A DNA stretch of 64,000 bases, from positions 41,413-105,412 of the forward strand of contig JARFXS010000002.1 in NCBI GenBank assembly GCA_029194465.1, given 5' to 3'. Source of the DNA: Candidatus Nitrosocosmicus sp. (lineage in GTDB: Archaea; Thermoproteota; Nitrososphaeria; Nitrososphaerales; Nitrososphaeraceae). Every line of letters begins with the position of its first letter. Positions within the stretch are counted from its first letter, which is position 1. A model generated the notes under the pieces. It searched no databases. It worked only from the letters and a program-made list of their open reading frames with translations, and had not been told where the DNA came from. The position numbers were made by a program, and so were the translations under genes. Positions 1-12,593 of this stretch are shown here, piece after piece.

Positions 1-127
1 TTTTTCACATTTTCTAGGTTGATTGGTTCACGTTGACGAAAAAAAGAGTCCAACCGACTTTAACATGATTATTCAAGACAACATAAATAAACAAAAGGTA
101 GGTTTGTAGTTATTTGGAAGCAATTAT

Positions 128-1345
128 CTAGTTGTTATCACCATCATCGCCATTGCCATTCTCTTCATTGCTATCTGTGTTCTTATCGTCATCGCTTTCA
201 TTGCCAGCGTCACTATCTTCTCCATTGTTATCTCCAGTAGAATCTGAGTTAGAAGGAGGACCTTGATCCTTTTCTGAAGAATCTTCATCTTCTTGCTCAC
301 TTTGTTCTTCATTTTCAGCATCCTGGCATTCAGAAGATTTTCCTCCAGAAGAGCCAGATTTCTCACTGCAATTTTTGTCATTATAATATGGATTCCCATT
401 ATCATCTGTTTTCTTTTCCCCTCTCTGATCATCATCATTGTCATTATTATTTTGTTTATTATTATCAGAATCATTCCTAGGATTACTTGAATCATTGTTA
501 CTGTTATCATTACTTGGCAATCCAACACTACTACTTGAAGATGAAGTATTATTCAAAACATTAGCACCACTAAAAGGACTTCCAGCTGAAATAAATGACG
601 ATTTTGAACTAAAAGGCAAACTCATAGAGCTTTGGTCAGATTCAACTTCTAGTGAGTAGAATGCACCTTGGGATTTAGTTTTATTGTCTGTAATGGTAAT
701 ATCAAATGGAGCCACTTGATTCTGAGACAAATTAGCAACATTTAATCCAAAACTTTGAGTTCCAACTATACCAAGACTAGAGTTGTCATAAAATGTTGCA
801 ACAAGATTCAAGAATTGTTCTGGGGATTGTCCTTGGTTAATTATATTACCTGTGATATGAGGATTACCAACTTTGTCTATGAATACACTGCTGCCATTAA
901 TAATTAGGTTTGCAGGTTTTTCTGTCGCAGGTCGAGAACTAGTGGAGAACTCAATAAAGTTAAACTTTCCTATTATTTGAGGGTCTTGTATCAATATGTC
1001 AAATGGAGAGGATTCACCATGTCTCAAAGTTCCTATCGATGAGAATGCAGAATGATTTCCTACTATAGTATTGTTTGTCGTATTGGATAAAATAGTGGTA
1101 ATTACAATATCCGTTTGAGGATCAAATGCGGTATTATTTACTTCACCTATGACATGGAAATTTCCCAAATCATCTATAAAAGATGAAGTACCTATAATCT
1201 GGATGGCATTAGAATCAAGGGTTTGAGCAAATACCAAATTGGCCATTAATGAAGGATTAAATCCGGTAAAAGTAAAAATGATGGAAAGCGATGCTATCAA
1301 AGTAGTGAGTAGAAATAGGCTTGTAGTTTTTTTTGACCTTAACAA
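128..1345 (-). CDS. Secreted/surface protein with two FxLYD-like domains and an acidic Asp/Asn-rich tail
   Basis: Hydrophobic N-terminal signal. Two similar domains (HVIGEVNN...SPFDI; HITGNIIN...ATFYD...APFDI). Low-complexity D/N/E tail containing two Cys. Confidence 0.75.
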   Translation of the reverse strand: MLRSKKTTSLFLLTTLIASLSIIFTFTGFNPSLMANLVFAQTLDSNAIQIIGTSSFIDDLGNFHVIGEVNNTAFDPQTDIVITTILSNTTNNTIVGNHSAFSSIGTLRHGESSPFDILIQDPQIIGKFNFIEFSTSSRPATEKPANLIINGSSVFIDKVGNPHITGNIINQGQSPEQFLNLVATFYDNSSLGIVGTQSFGLNVANLSQNQVAPFDITITDNKTKSQGAFYSLEVESDQSSMSLPFSSKSSFISAGSPFSGANVLNNTSSSSSSVGLPSNDNSNNDSSNPRNDSDNNKQNNNDNDDDQRGEKKTDDNGNPYYNDKNCSEKSGSSGGKSSECQDAENEEQSEQEDEDSSEKDQGPPSNSDSTGDNNGEDSDAGNESDDDKNTDSNEENGNGDDGDNN

Positions 1346-1877
1346 ATTAATTGTTAATTATTTAACAAAAACACTTATTAAAATAATTTGTTAACATGGT
1401 TAATAAAAATAATTCTACTAGTTAATTTTAGAACAATCGTATATAATAATTTGCAATTATTATTTGATCTGTGAACCTTGTTTATGAGATCGATCAATCA
1501 TAATAATTTAGTTCGCCGGCCTGGTTGAAATTTATATTGTTTATGAGTTCGTGAAAAATTGTCTGGTAATAAATCATAAGATAATTCAAATGAACAATCA
1601 CAAATATTCAAATCCTGTTTCCTCATAGTATTTGTCTAGCTAATGACACGTCGTTTCTTATTCTGATTTGCTCATCGGGCATTGCATTAAACAACATCAT
1701 CAAAAAAAAATCATGAAATTACACGAAAAAGGCATAGTAGACCAATATCCACCCCAAAGATCTCAGAATGATTACCAATAGTCAAGGACCAATTACATTA
1801 ATTCTAAGAAATATCGGACGAGATATACAACAATCAATTGTTAGACAGGGATTGCAAAAACCTGTACTCTTTTTAAT

Positions 1878-2390
1878 ATGGTAATACAATCATTATTTAT
1901 GAAACTTGCATCTAAATTGTTTTTGCTACCGATTTTACCCGTATTAATGACTTCTCTATTTACATTGACCTGCCTTGGCTCTGAGTTAGATTCAAAATTA
2001 AGTACTGACACCTATACTGAAACCAAATTCAGCAATACCAGTCAAATCGATCTGGCAAGTAAAGATAGTATTAATAACTCAACATCAGCTTTGGGCAAAG
2101 AAGAGAGTAAAGGAGCACTAATAGTAAAAGTAATCACATTAAATGAAGGACAGGGAAGGAATTTCTCATCTGATTTCATAGTAAATATTCATGCCAACGA
2201 CCCAGTCCCTGATGTCTTTAAGGGAAATGTTTCTGGCACTGTGGTAAAATTATCAATGGGAATGTACAGTGTTACTACATCATCTATTCCTAATTACAAT
2301 ACTTCATTCTCCAGTGACTGTAATGGTGGAATAATGAAAGTAGAAGCGAAGAATTGTAACATTGTAATGACATATTCTAAAACTGGTTAA
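1878..2390 (+). CDS. Secreted hypothetical protein with a small beta-rich C-terminal domain
   Basis: Signal-like N-terminus. C-terminal LIVKV...GMYSV...FSSDCNG...CNI, with a probable disulfide pair. Confidence 0.6.
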   Translation: MVIQSLFMKLASKLFLLPILPVLMTSLFTLTCLGSELDSKLSTDTYTETKFSNTSQIDLASKDSINNSTSALGKEESKGALIVKVITLNEGQGRNFSSDFIVNIHANDPVPDVFKGNVSGTVVKLSMGMYSVTTSSIPNYNTSFSSDCNGGIMKVEAKNCNIVMTYSKTG

Positions 2391-2777
2391 GTGATTCAGT
2401 GTTTATCGTATGGTATTCTTAGACCTCACAGTATAGCCATGATTTCTAGATAAAACTATACAATTTTTATATCTTATCGTGACCGTCCCCAAACCCGTTG
2501 AACCAGTTAATTTTGTGTTAGAGACTAGATCACAGTTATTAAATGCAGTAGATAATGGTTTGGTGAATTCAGGATCTAGAGTAGGTCATCAAGTCAACTT
2601 GATTAACGTTAAGATAGATTATCACATGGGACGTCCAGTGATACTCTTACGAATCACCTCGTGACAAAATATTCTCAAATAATTGTTTTCTAACATTGGT
2701 AGTATTGGATCAATCGTTAGAATCTGACTAATGACTCTGAGATTGAATTGAACTATTTAGCATCCATAGAAAAACCA

Positions 2778-3437
2778 TCAAATTTTGAACTTTACAAGTC
2801 GTTCAATCATATTATGAGCACTGGTTACTAAAAGTGCCACCCCACTTCCCAATAGAATACCGCCTATTAGATCAGTAGGATAATGAACTCCAAGGTATAG
2901 TCGGGATAAACAAACTAATCCTGCTTCAATTACAAGAAGAATGGATATCAATTTCTGCCTAGGAGATTTTCTTAGCAACAATAAAGTTGCTACTGCACCT
3001 GCTGAAACCATACTGGCATGGCCAGAAGGATAGGATTCATCTACCGGTAACTTATTGACAGAAGATCCGTAAAAAACAAGCGGTCTATCCCTGTCAATCA
3101 AATCTTTTACCAAAGTAGTCAAAGGTATAACGAGCATGAATGAAAGCAAGATAGTTACGGCAACAATTCTACCATCAATTCCTCCAAATATAAACAACAG
3201 GATAGGAACAATAATCCAAAAATATTCTCTGCCAAAATCAGACAAAATATTCATGATTTCGGTTGTGACAGAGGAAAAGAAGTAGCTTCGAGCCTGCATA
3301 ATACCAGTGTCAAATTCATAAATCAAACTGCCCTCAGATGAGTAATCATTCAATTCAATAATATCATTATAAATTACAAGTGTAAAGACTACAAAAATTC
3401 CAAATATGATAATAGAGGAGACTAAATATTTATTCAT
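2778..3437 (-). CDS. PAP2 family phosphatase
   Basis: KxxxxRxRP (KDLIDRDRP), SYPSGH and SRLYLGVHYPTD motifs with TM helices. Confidence 0.92.
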   Translation of the reverse strand: MNKYLVSSIIIFGIFVVFTLVIYNDIIELNDYSSEGSLIYEFDTGIMQARSYFFSSVTTEIMNILSDFGREYFWIIVPILLFIFGGIDGRIVAVTILLSFMLVIPLTTLVKDLIDRDRPLVFYGSSVNKLPVDESYPSGHASMVSAGAVATLLLLRKSPRQKLISILLVIEAGLVCLSRLYLGVHYPTDLIGGILLGSGVALLVTSAHNMIERLVKFKI

Positions 3438-4189
3438 TACAACTTGCTGATTGATTTATTGAGAATGATTTCAATTTTTATCCGCAGTGGTAGAATCATT
3501 TGTTAAGCATCACTATCCATTTGTTCTATAGTTTCTCTCAAATTTAATTGTAAGAGCAGAAAAAGATCGTTGGGCAGAAATCTCTTTCACTTTTCAATAA
3601 CTTGTATAAAATCCATTTAAAAATATTATCCAAGACCCAATTATAATGCGAATGAGGAATTCATGTCAAAATCTTTTTTCCTAAATAAGTGATAAATCTA
3701 TATCAAGAGGTATTAGTCAATAATTACAATATGATGGTCCATGGGTCGAATGTTCATTGTGAGATGTATTCATACTACAGATTGGTTTTTATGAATATAC
3801 TGATTTAATCAACTAAGGCAATATCGTTTAAAACCCATTACAAAAATGTTAAACTTAATAATTTTTTTCCTTTACTTTTGAAATGCCCGGACTATTGTAT
3901 ATAATAGATGATTGATACTTGTGGTAACAGCCGTATTAATTCCTATAATAGGATTAGAAGGCATTTAAAATGTCACCTTCATTGCGTGTGCGATAATGAA
4001 TATGACCTTAGTAACAATAGCTTCAAATTCTCAATGGGTTGGGAAAAAAGACTAAACAAAAGAACTCAACATTTTAACAATTAGTCCTAATGTTTTGCAG
4101 ATTTATTCAAAACACAGTATCAAAACCCTACAAAATGATTTATCGGCAGTATCTAGCACTGCTCTACACTAAGACATGATCACTATAAA

Positions 4190-4987
4190 ATGGATAAGAT
4201 ACATTTTGTGTGGGTGATAGATTCCCTTTACGAAATAAATTTATGTATTAATTCAATACATTCTCTAGTGAGCATATTTTTTTCCATATCAAAATATAAG
4301 ATATCAATCATCTTATCCCTTGTAATAATCTTATTAGCTACTACTGTCGCAATAGCACCTAATATTATTGACCCAGTACAACAGAATCATTACTTGATAA
4401 AGGCGTATGCACAAATGATTTATGAACCAGGTCATAGTCCTACAGATAGTTTACATCGTGGCTATGACAATAATAGCCTCATTACCAGCGGACAAAATGA
4501 GCCAATGTTAGTATATGCATCTGGACACTTCGCAAATAACCAGATGGAAAATGGAGTAGTAACTTGGATTCAAGGGGGACTATGGAATTTGGAAATCAAA
4601 GATTCTAGCAAGAAAAGTATGAACCATTCAAACATGAGTGCAACTTTTAATGCCAATTTTACCATGATAAAACCCGATGGAAGTCTTTCCCATAATCACT
4701 TGATAAATAATTTTACATCAAATAACGTTATTCTTGCTGGAAATGACATCGTAGTTACAGGGTTATCAAGCATACATTCCGATAATGGAACCCAATACGC
4801 ACAAGTGCCAATAACTATTCATCTGATGGGCAAAAAGGTTTTGGGTTTAATGATTGATGCTAACAAAACTGGAGGGCATTTTTCGAGTTCTAATGAAATG
4901 TTTGGCACTTTAATCAGCGGAATAGGATTGGATAGTTCTAATATCAACAATTCTGCTAACCCGAATCCCTTACATGCACTAGATTAA
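4190..4987 (+). CDS. Secreted hypothetical protein (paralog of 25533..26045); true start probably downstream, near 4268
   Basis: TM/signal segment. TWIQGGLW...MIKPDG..HNHLINNF...GHF shared with the 25533 ORF. Confidence 0.7.
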   Translation: MDKIHFVWVIDSLYEINLCINSIHSLVSIFFSISKYKISIILSLVIILLATTVAIAPNIIDPVQQNHYLIKAYAQMIYEPGHSPTDSLHRGYDNNSLITSGQNEPMLVYASGHFANNQMENGVVTWIQGGLWNLEIKDSSKKSMNHSNMSATFNANFTMIKPDGSLSHNHLINNFTSNNVILAGNDIVVTGLSSIHSDNGTQYAQVPITIHLMGKKVLGLMIDANKTGGHFSSSNEMFGTLISGIGLDSSNINNSANPNPLHALD

Positions 4988-5266
4988 GTGTCTAGTACTA
5001 TAAACTAACCATAAAATCTTACGTTTCTATTAAAATATCTCCACAGGGATATACAATGTAAATTAGTCCACCTGCTTAAATTTATCTTTAACATACCGTA
5101 TCAAGTATACGATGCTTATTCGAGGTTAAAAGTACCAGAATTTTGTTGCCAACGCAAGTTATTGAACGGCATTTTGTAATAATTTTCTAGCAATAGCCAT
5201 TATACAGATATGCCTATAGGTGTTTCTAAGATAGAAGATCATAAATAAGATAACGGTATTTATAGC

Positions 5267-6434
5267 ATGATTTCGTATAATTATATAAAATTGAAAAATT
5301 ATAGAATAAATGATATTTATTCTTTTAAGCAAAATACCAAATTCTTAATTTCAATGTCTTTAATGATTTCTATTTGTTATCTTATTTCATGCTCATTTAG
5401 TTCAGCCGAGGCGCATTTCAGCCACTCTGCCCACTATAATAATGGAGATACAGGAATTGGGGATAAGTATATGGTTCTCCAACAAATAGAGCCAGAATAC
5501 ACCAAACCAAATGAATTATCGCAAATCCAATTTAGCATTCAAGATAAGCAAGGTAAAGACACGAGCAACTTGGTAGGGATGGTTGAAATTTATTCAACAC
5601 TTACCAATGAACGGTTGTCTGCTTACCCTTGGACAAAGCTAGCAGTAGGCGATTTCCAAATTCCCTACATATTTCCAAAGGTAGGAAATTATCAAATTGT
5701 TCTAAGCATACTAAATGAAAATTCCAATGCTTCTAGTGGTGATATCATCAATACAATTCCTCCCGCACGTACAATACTAGGCGATAATTCAAATTGCAAC
5801 TGTGAAAGAGCCGTATTTAATGTTTCTATAACTGAATCGTTTGGTTTTATTTTTACTTCCGTGATTTATGGTTCAGCTGTAGGCGTCATATTGATTGTCG
5901 GATTAGTTTTAAGCTGGGTTTCTAAGCAGAAGAAAAAGCAAGACTAATCCGATATCAAACGATGAATTTATTAAATATTCAGTCTTGTTTTTAGCGCTGG
6001 GTGCGGCCATAGTTCACCTTGCAGTATATTCCGGCCACGCAGCTTTAAGATATGAATATAGCATATTTCTCATATCCGCAGCAGGTGGACAACTTTTCTA
6101 CGGGATTTCATATATCTTGCTAATTTTCTCTGATGATAAACTCACTGTCAAAAAAACCGACAAAAAATATGTTTCAAAAGAGTATTACAAAAAGTCTTTA
6201 ATCTTAAACTGGATTGGATTGGTAGGGTCTCTGGTTCTAATATTCTTATACTTGTACTCAGTCACTTTCCCTCCTCCACTTTCACCAAACGCAACTCCCG
6301 AAGATGTGGATCTTGCAGGAATTATGGCCAAGGCATTAGAGATAGTATTAGTAATTGGAATCATTTATTTAATGCGAACAGAAAAGAAGAGATACTTATA
6401 TAGCATTCAGACCTATGATGAGAAAAGTGCGTGA
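5267..6434 (+). CDS. Membrane protein with an N-terminal His-rich extracellular domain; split into 5267..5947 and 5985..6434 by a probable frameshift near 5918
   Basis: The second ORF's frame reads open upstream as FLSRRKSKTNPISNDEFIKYSVLFLAL, starting right after the TM helix of the first ORF. Confidence 0.65.
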
Positions 6435-6705
6435 TTTTTGTATAAAGATACTCGTCGATCCCCATATCGAATGGATGCTAAAATAGAAGGGTATAACGTA
6501 AAGAACCATTTGATTGATATGGGACTAGACTGCACTCAAGAGACAAGCACTCAGCAGCACTAGAAATATTTTAGATCCCGTGATTAATTACGATTTATCT
6601 ATCAATACATCACTAAATTCAACTTGTTGCATATGAAAAAAATAGGTGGAGGAGGCATGTTTTTTATCATCAAAAAAGTTTTATTTTATTTTGGGTTGAT
6701 TGGAA

Positions 6706-7341
6706 TTAGTCATCATCTTCGTTGATATCATCTGGGTTCTCCTCATCGGTCGAGTCTATAAATCGGAAGGAACTCAATATGTGTTGTATTGTTTCTTGAC
6801 TTTGCTTTGAATCAAATTCATCCACGGTATTTTGGTAAGTAAGAATATACAAAATATCATTATGTATCAATAGAATTCTTTCCAAACCCTTGTCAGGAAT
6901 ATTAGTCAATCCCTCCATTGCAGTTAGCACTGACACGGTATCTGAACCATCTATTGTATACCTGTTTTCTCTATCTCTCCTACTACTCTTTCTTCAGGTG
7001 GTAAAATTATTTCCACTACTTCCTTTAAACCTCCTAGTTTCTCGGCCATTACTGTATCGGAATTTGATTGAGATTTCATGATTTTGAATGAACTATTACC
7101 ATTATACACTAGTTATTATCGGAATATTTTGAAAATCTATTAATTTCTCCTCAACGTTCAGTCAGAGGATATTCAAAGCTGATTCCAATCGATCATCAGA
7201 GTAGACAGTATAATTCAAATTGTTTTCAGTAGAATTATTTGATTCAACGAACCATAGACATTGTCGTATTCATAACAAGCTAGAGTTATCAACCCAAAAC
7301 AGAAAACAATGTAAAATGCCCAATACTTTAAGACCATACAT
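6706..7341 (-). pseudogene. Frameshifted PsbP-like secreted protein
   Basis: ATG at 7341 with hydrophobic leader. C-terminal piece ILLIHNDILYILTYQN...QETIQHILSSFRFID resembles the PsbP/Mog1 end. Several frame breaks. Confidence 0.5.
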
Positions 7342-8546
7342 CTTATAGATATTATAGACATTAATTTAAAAATGATAACGCAAGATTGTTCGTAACATTT
7401 TTTCTATGCAGAAAATACAGTAGCTCCGCCAATTGGTCTCACTTTTTATGTTAGCAATTTCCTCTAAGATTATGATCGAGTTATCGCAATTAGTTTATCC
7501 TACATGCAGAATTTTTACTAGTTAATTCCAGATTATTTTTTAGTGAGAATCGCTTCAAGACTTTAAATGGACTATCATGGTATTATTTGATTGAATCTGA
7601 ATGATCTAAACTAGAACAATGCTTAGATTAGAATGAGATAGTGATAAAACAGACAAAGAAGATTAGGATGGGATTTCCATTGTCTGAAAGAGTAAAAAAT
7701 CGTCTGAAGAGAAGATTAGGATGGGATCAATCTGTCTGAAAGAGGCAAAATTAAATTCATACCAAATGTCACCTCTTTATTCTCGATGAAGTGATAAAAC
7801 AGACATTGTTGCGTTATTTTTAGAGTATTTGAACATATCATTGAGTTTAGAACCTGCGTTAGTATTTTCCATTGTCATAAGAATTTTGATTATATCTGGA
7901 ATTCTTCTTTTTGTAATTAATGGATTGGAAGTAAAGGAGTCAGTCAATTACCCGCTTACCAATTGATCACAATATTAAGCCTTGGAAACATTGTGGCGTA
8001 ACTCACGATTGATAATGACATACCAATATTATCCATGGTTACTGTCGTAGATACCATAATCGTTTTCATCAAGCCGCTAGATATTAAAAGTGCAAGAAAC
8101 AAAAGGATGGAGAAAATAATTAATCCAATAGCCACAAAATTGGTCAAGAATAGGCATGTGGATGAGGAAGGAATGGTAAAAGATAGAAAAGGTTCAAAAG
8201 AGTATCAATCTTTTGTGCGACAGGATAGAATAAGCGATACATATGATAAAGAAACATCAAATTTAGAGATAAATGGTTAAATAAGTCTCACTAAAAAGAA
8301 AGTAATGGTTGACGCAGAACCAAGGTCATAGTTGATGGGCTGATAACTAGTTTTTCATTGTTATGACAACAAGGTAAAATTATATGAAATATGAATACAT
8401 AATTATAATATGGTATCAATAATTTCAGAAAGAACTTGTCTGATGGAATTCATTTTGGGGTATACCCTTTGGCCTTGACCCCATTTTCATACTAATAGCA
8501 CGGCGGCATCTTTTTGCACCCAACGTGAAAAATTGGTATAGAAAGG

Positions 8547-8681
8547 TCATGTAAATTGTTGGCACTTACATAAAAGACATCGATGATCATAAAATTTTGG
8601 ACCATTTGGTTCATTCCTGTGTTCATTCTTTGAATGTGTACAATTTTTACAGATTAATAATTGAATACTAGCATCATTCAT
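8547..8681 (-). CDS. 44-aa Cys/His-rich microprotein MNDASIQLLICKNCTHSKNEHRNEPNGPKFYDHRCLLCKCQQFT (putative zinc finger)
   Basis: Manual translation ATG 8681 to TGA 8547. Paralog at 16148..16276 keeps the frame, with many synonymous differences. Confidence 0.75.
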   Translation of the reverse strand: MNDASIQLLICKNCTHSKNEHRNEPNGPKFYDHRCLLCKCQQFT

Positions 8682-11600
8682 TACTTATTATCTGCCCTAC
8701 AATTATATTAATGGTTGGAAAATTACTAGAAAATAGTAATTTCTGGTTATGGATAAAGACAATAGATTCACCAGAATTTGAAAAGGTACCTTCAGATTGC
8801 CTCGATGTTTTTCTCACAAAGGTGACAAGTTATGATTCAAACATATGTCAAGAAGGCATGGACAATTATGTAGGCTATACAGTAAAATTTAGTCTACGAG
8901 AATATAATTAGAAATTCAATTGTTTATCGACCAACTTATAATAATTGAGTGATTTTAGGATTTTCTGGACTGTGGATTAATAACAATTTCATAGAGAGAC
9001 TTCATTTGCAAATTACATTTGCTTCCTGCACTAGAAAAAAATCTAATTCCAGCAAAAAATATCATTAGTTATAGATCAATCAACCATTAAATACGCCATC
9101 TTTAGAAAATAATCAAAGGTCCAAGAGAGATTAGGTCAGCATTTAAAATTATTGAAAAATTTATTCGCCAATTGATTGCAGGATATCACTTTAGATCAAC
9201 GTTCAAAATCACGGGTTCCTCAGACAAACTAGAACCTAATATAATCTTATATAAGATGAATCCGAATAGTAACTGATGTCATATAACAAGAATGATGATG
9301 AAGCAACAATTGCAAACGTGCCAAAGCGTACTAAAGGTAATAACCACATGTATTTTCAAAATGAAAATACTCAAAAGAAGAACAATACTGATTGAAATTA
9401 AACAAAGATAAACTGGGCCTTTCTTACCTCTTGAATCAAAGAAAACATGAGGATATAACAACAGTGTTTTAGATCTATAAAAGAAGTAAAGGTTCTTTTG
9501 TCAAACTATTAAGGAACACAAATCAATACTTTATCAAATGGAATAAAGTATGTTCAAAACAAAGGATTAATGAAATTAATCCCACAATGAAGAATTTTCA
9601 ATGAGATTCTAGAATAATTCGTAATTATCAAGGACAATAAAAAAGTGAAATGCCGATAGAATACTTACATTAAACAAGTCAGAGTAAGATGATATTTCGA
9701 TTTAAGAAGTGAATTTTACTTCATGTAGTGTACAAGCCATGATTAGTCAGACCTCTTTACTATTCCAAAGATTTGATTTGTTATCAATGTTTTATACGTT
9801 CTTATATGAGGAAAATATATATAAATACAGAAACTTATTGAGGTCATTAATAGGAGAAATCGAGCTAATAACCCAAGAATGGCAACACCAGGATAATAAA
9901 TAATACTGAGAGGGTCGAATTCATTGAAACATTTCATAACGGCAGTTGGAGATATTCCGCTATTTTAGATAACTCGAGTTAACCCATAGAATTAGCTTCT
10001 CTTGTCAATAGAGTAGATTACTTTTGTCGTGAATCCATTCTAACTGGAAAACATCTAAAGTTAATCCAAACAGGGACATACTAATGGTTTTTTTTCAATG
10101 AGCGTTAAATTCAATGTCAGGTCATTACTCTGTCTAATCATTGTTGCATCATCATGGCACCTGACTCTATAGTCATCTGTATGAAAATAATATGTAGAAG
10201 TATAGAAAATCTGTTTTTGTTGAAATGTGAATTACCAACAATGATAAATCATCTAAATAATGACAAGTAAAAATATTTTTGATCCGGTGAGTATACTTTG
10301 CTTTTATACCATCAGATCATGCACTTTACAAATTTGAGACACCAGGCATTCTGTCATAAGGACACAAATTACGATTTATTTTTTAAATCAATAAATAGAT
10401 ATTTTTCATAAATAAGTTTAAAAATGATTTTTCATAAGTATGAAAAAGGATATTAGAAATTCAAATTGTAGTAAATATTAGTATAAACATTTAAGTTTAT
10501 ACTTGAATAGTAACTGATCTTGTCAGATAACCATTTTGATTTTGACTATTGATTTCAGAATAATGTAAGGATATTAACAAGTTCAACGTATTGAGAACGT
10601 CGAGGATGAAGGAATAAAGATGCCTATGCTTATGTTAAAAATGTAAAACTTGTGGTATTATATTTAGTGGAGTATATACAGACAACATGATTGAATTTAG
10701 AAATGAGTCGATAAGAATCCGAATTCAACATTCAAATGCTCTAAAGGCATTTGAATAATTATGCGCTTGAGGATTATGCAGACCTGTCATAGATGTATGA
10801 TATTTAAATGATCTATCCTAATCATGTTTTTGTCGTCGGACAAAAATATGAAATAATAAAGAAGAATATGCTAAAATAAGGTATTAACAAACTTAAACAA
10901 ACAATAGATTAGCGCCAGTTCCAATTTGTCCTATGGATCTTATTTTTATTCCATTTAAATGTGATGCACATACTCATTCAGGTACAAAATTAGAGTTTCA
11001 ACAACAAATTCAATATTCATCCGGCAGTAAGTGACATTCAAAACCTTTCGATCTTCCTAACAATTGTAAGATTTTTTTCACAAATTATCATAGGTAAAAT
11101 TGACTTTCTAATCCCTTTACAGTTATTTTTTTTATATCTCAAAATACTACTAATTAATACAGAATCTAATTTCAGCATAAGTAACTAATAGTAGAAATAT
11201 TGTCAATAAACATTAATATACTTATACTTTTTAAATCTTAAACACTGGATTTTGCTTTATATTTTTTATTATTTAATGTAGCTCATTCACTAATGCATCT
11301 ACTTGTGCATCAGTGTAAAGAGACATCGAGTCCTCTTTGTTTGATTTCGTTTATTACATCTCCAATAACAATATTATCTATCTGGATATAAGCGTTCCAA
11401 GATCCATCAAAACCAAGAACGAGATGAGGTGCATTCTTAAATAAGGAGAAAATTTGCTATAATGATAGTGAAGTGCATCGATTTCAGCGATAGACAGATT
11501 ATCACATTGAGATGCATCAGATACCTTTTCTTTGCTTTTTTTAATATTTCTATTTTAATTGATGGCTTTCTTGTTTATCATGTTTAACTTGTTTATTCGG

Positions 11601-12593
11601 CATTTTTATTATTGACGCTCGATGTTATAAGTTATTTATTCATTTATTATTTTCTTAAAACATCTATTGAATATAAGTTTGTTTTATCTGGTTTAAAACT
11701 TTAAAACTTTATTAATAATTTGCAATCATGAATACAACCATTGAAAAGATGATCTTCAAATCTACTTGTGGTAGTTCCAAAATTTATTAAATTCACGACT
11801 AGAGAGGAAAATCCAAGACACTTCCCTAAATCATTTTTCAAGACTTCTTAAGAGTGAATAAACATTTAACTTAACGAAATCTGTATCAAGTTTCAAGAAT
11901 TGAAATTAACAATAAACGTCCCTTTACGATCGTAGGACTATTGTTTTTATGTATTGATTGTTGTCAGTATGGTATTCCTTCAAACAGACGTTTTCAAACT
12001 CAGTTCATCTTTATTTACCAGATTCTTTTCGGCTATTGCTTTCCGTAGATAAACCATAGATATCATTATACCGCTAAAATTATCAGTACCTTTCATATAT
12101 CAGATATATACTTTGTTACTATTAAGTATATCAAGATGGATTCCGCGCTTGACCCCTTGTAATCGTTCATATAAATTGAAATATAGTATTTTTTGGGCTT
12201 TTACACGTAGTAGATCACTAACATGTCAGGATCGATAAACCTTCCATAGTTGAAATTAGTCCATTATATTAACCAGGAATTCTAGTTTACTAACATGTTA
12301 AACCCGTTGTATTTCACACCATTAGACACTTTAATATCGTGATAAATTAGAATTTTCTTATTCCTATTCTATCCGGTCATAATATCGATTAACCAAAAAT
12401 CCAAACGAAGGTCGAAGTTGGAAATAGATTTTGAAATCAAACGATGTAATTATGATCTAATGCGCTCATCACACAGAAAATAAAATTGGTGGGTATTGAG
12501 ATTAAATTGTATTTATCTTGGTCGGTGACATGAGAAAAATAGGATCGTAGCAAAAGGTGATGTCTATATATTTAAAAAATCAAGTAATAATGA

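Noticed and set aside
124..659. Overlapping ORFs 124..528, 293..490 and 438..659
   Set aside because: Shadow frames of the low-complexity tail of 128..1345.
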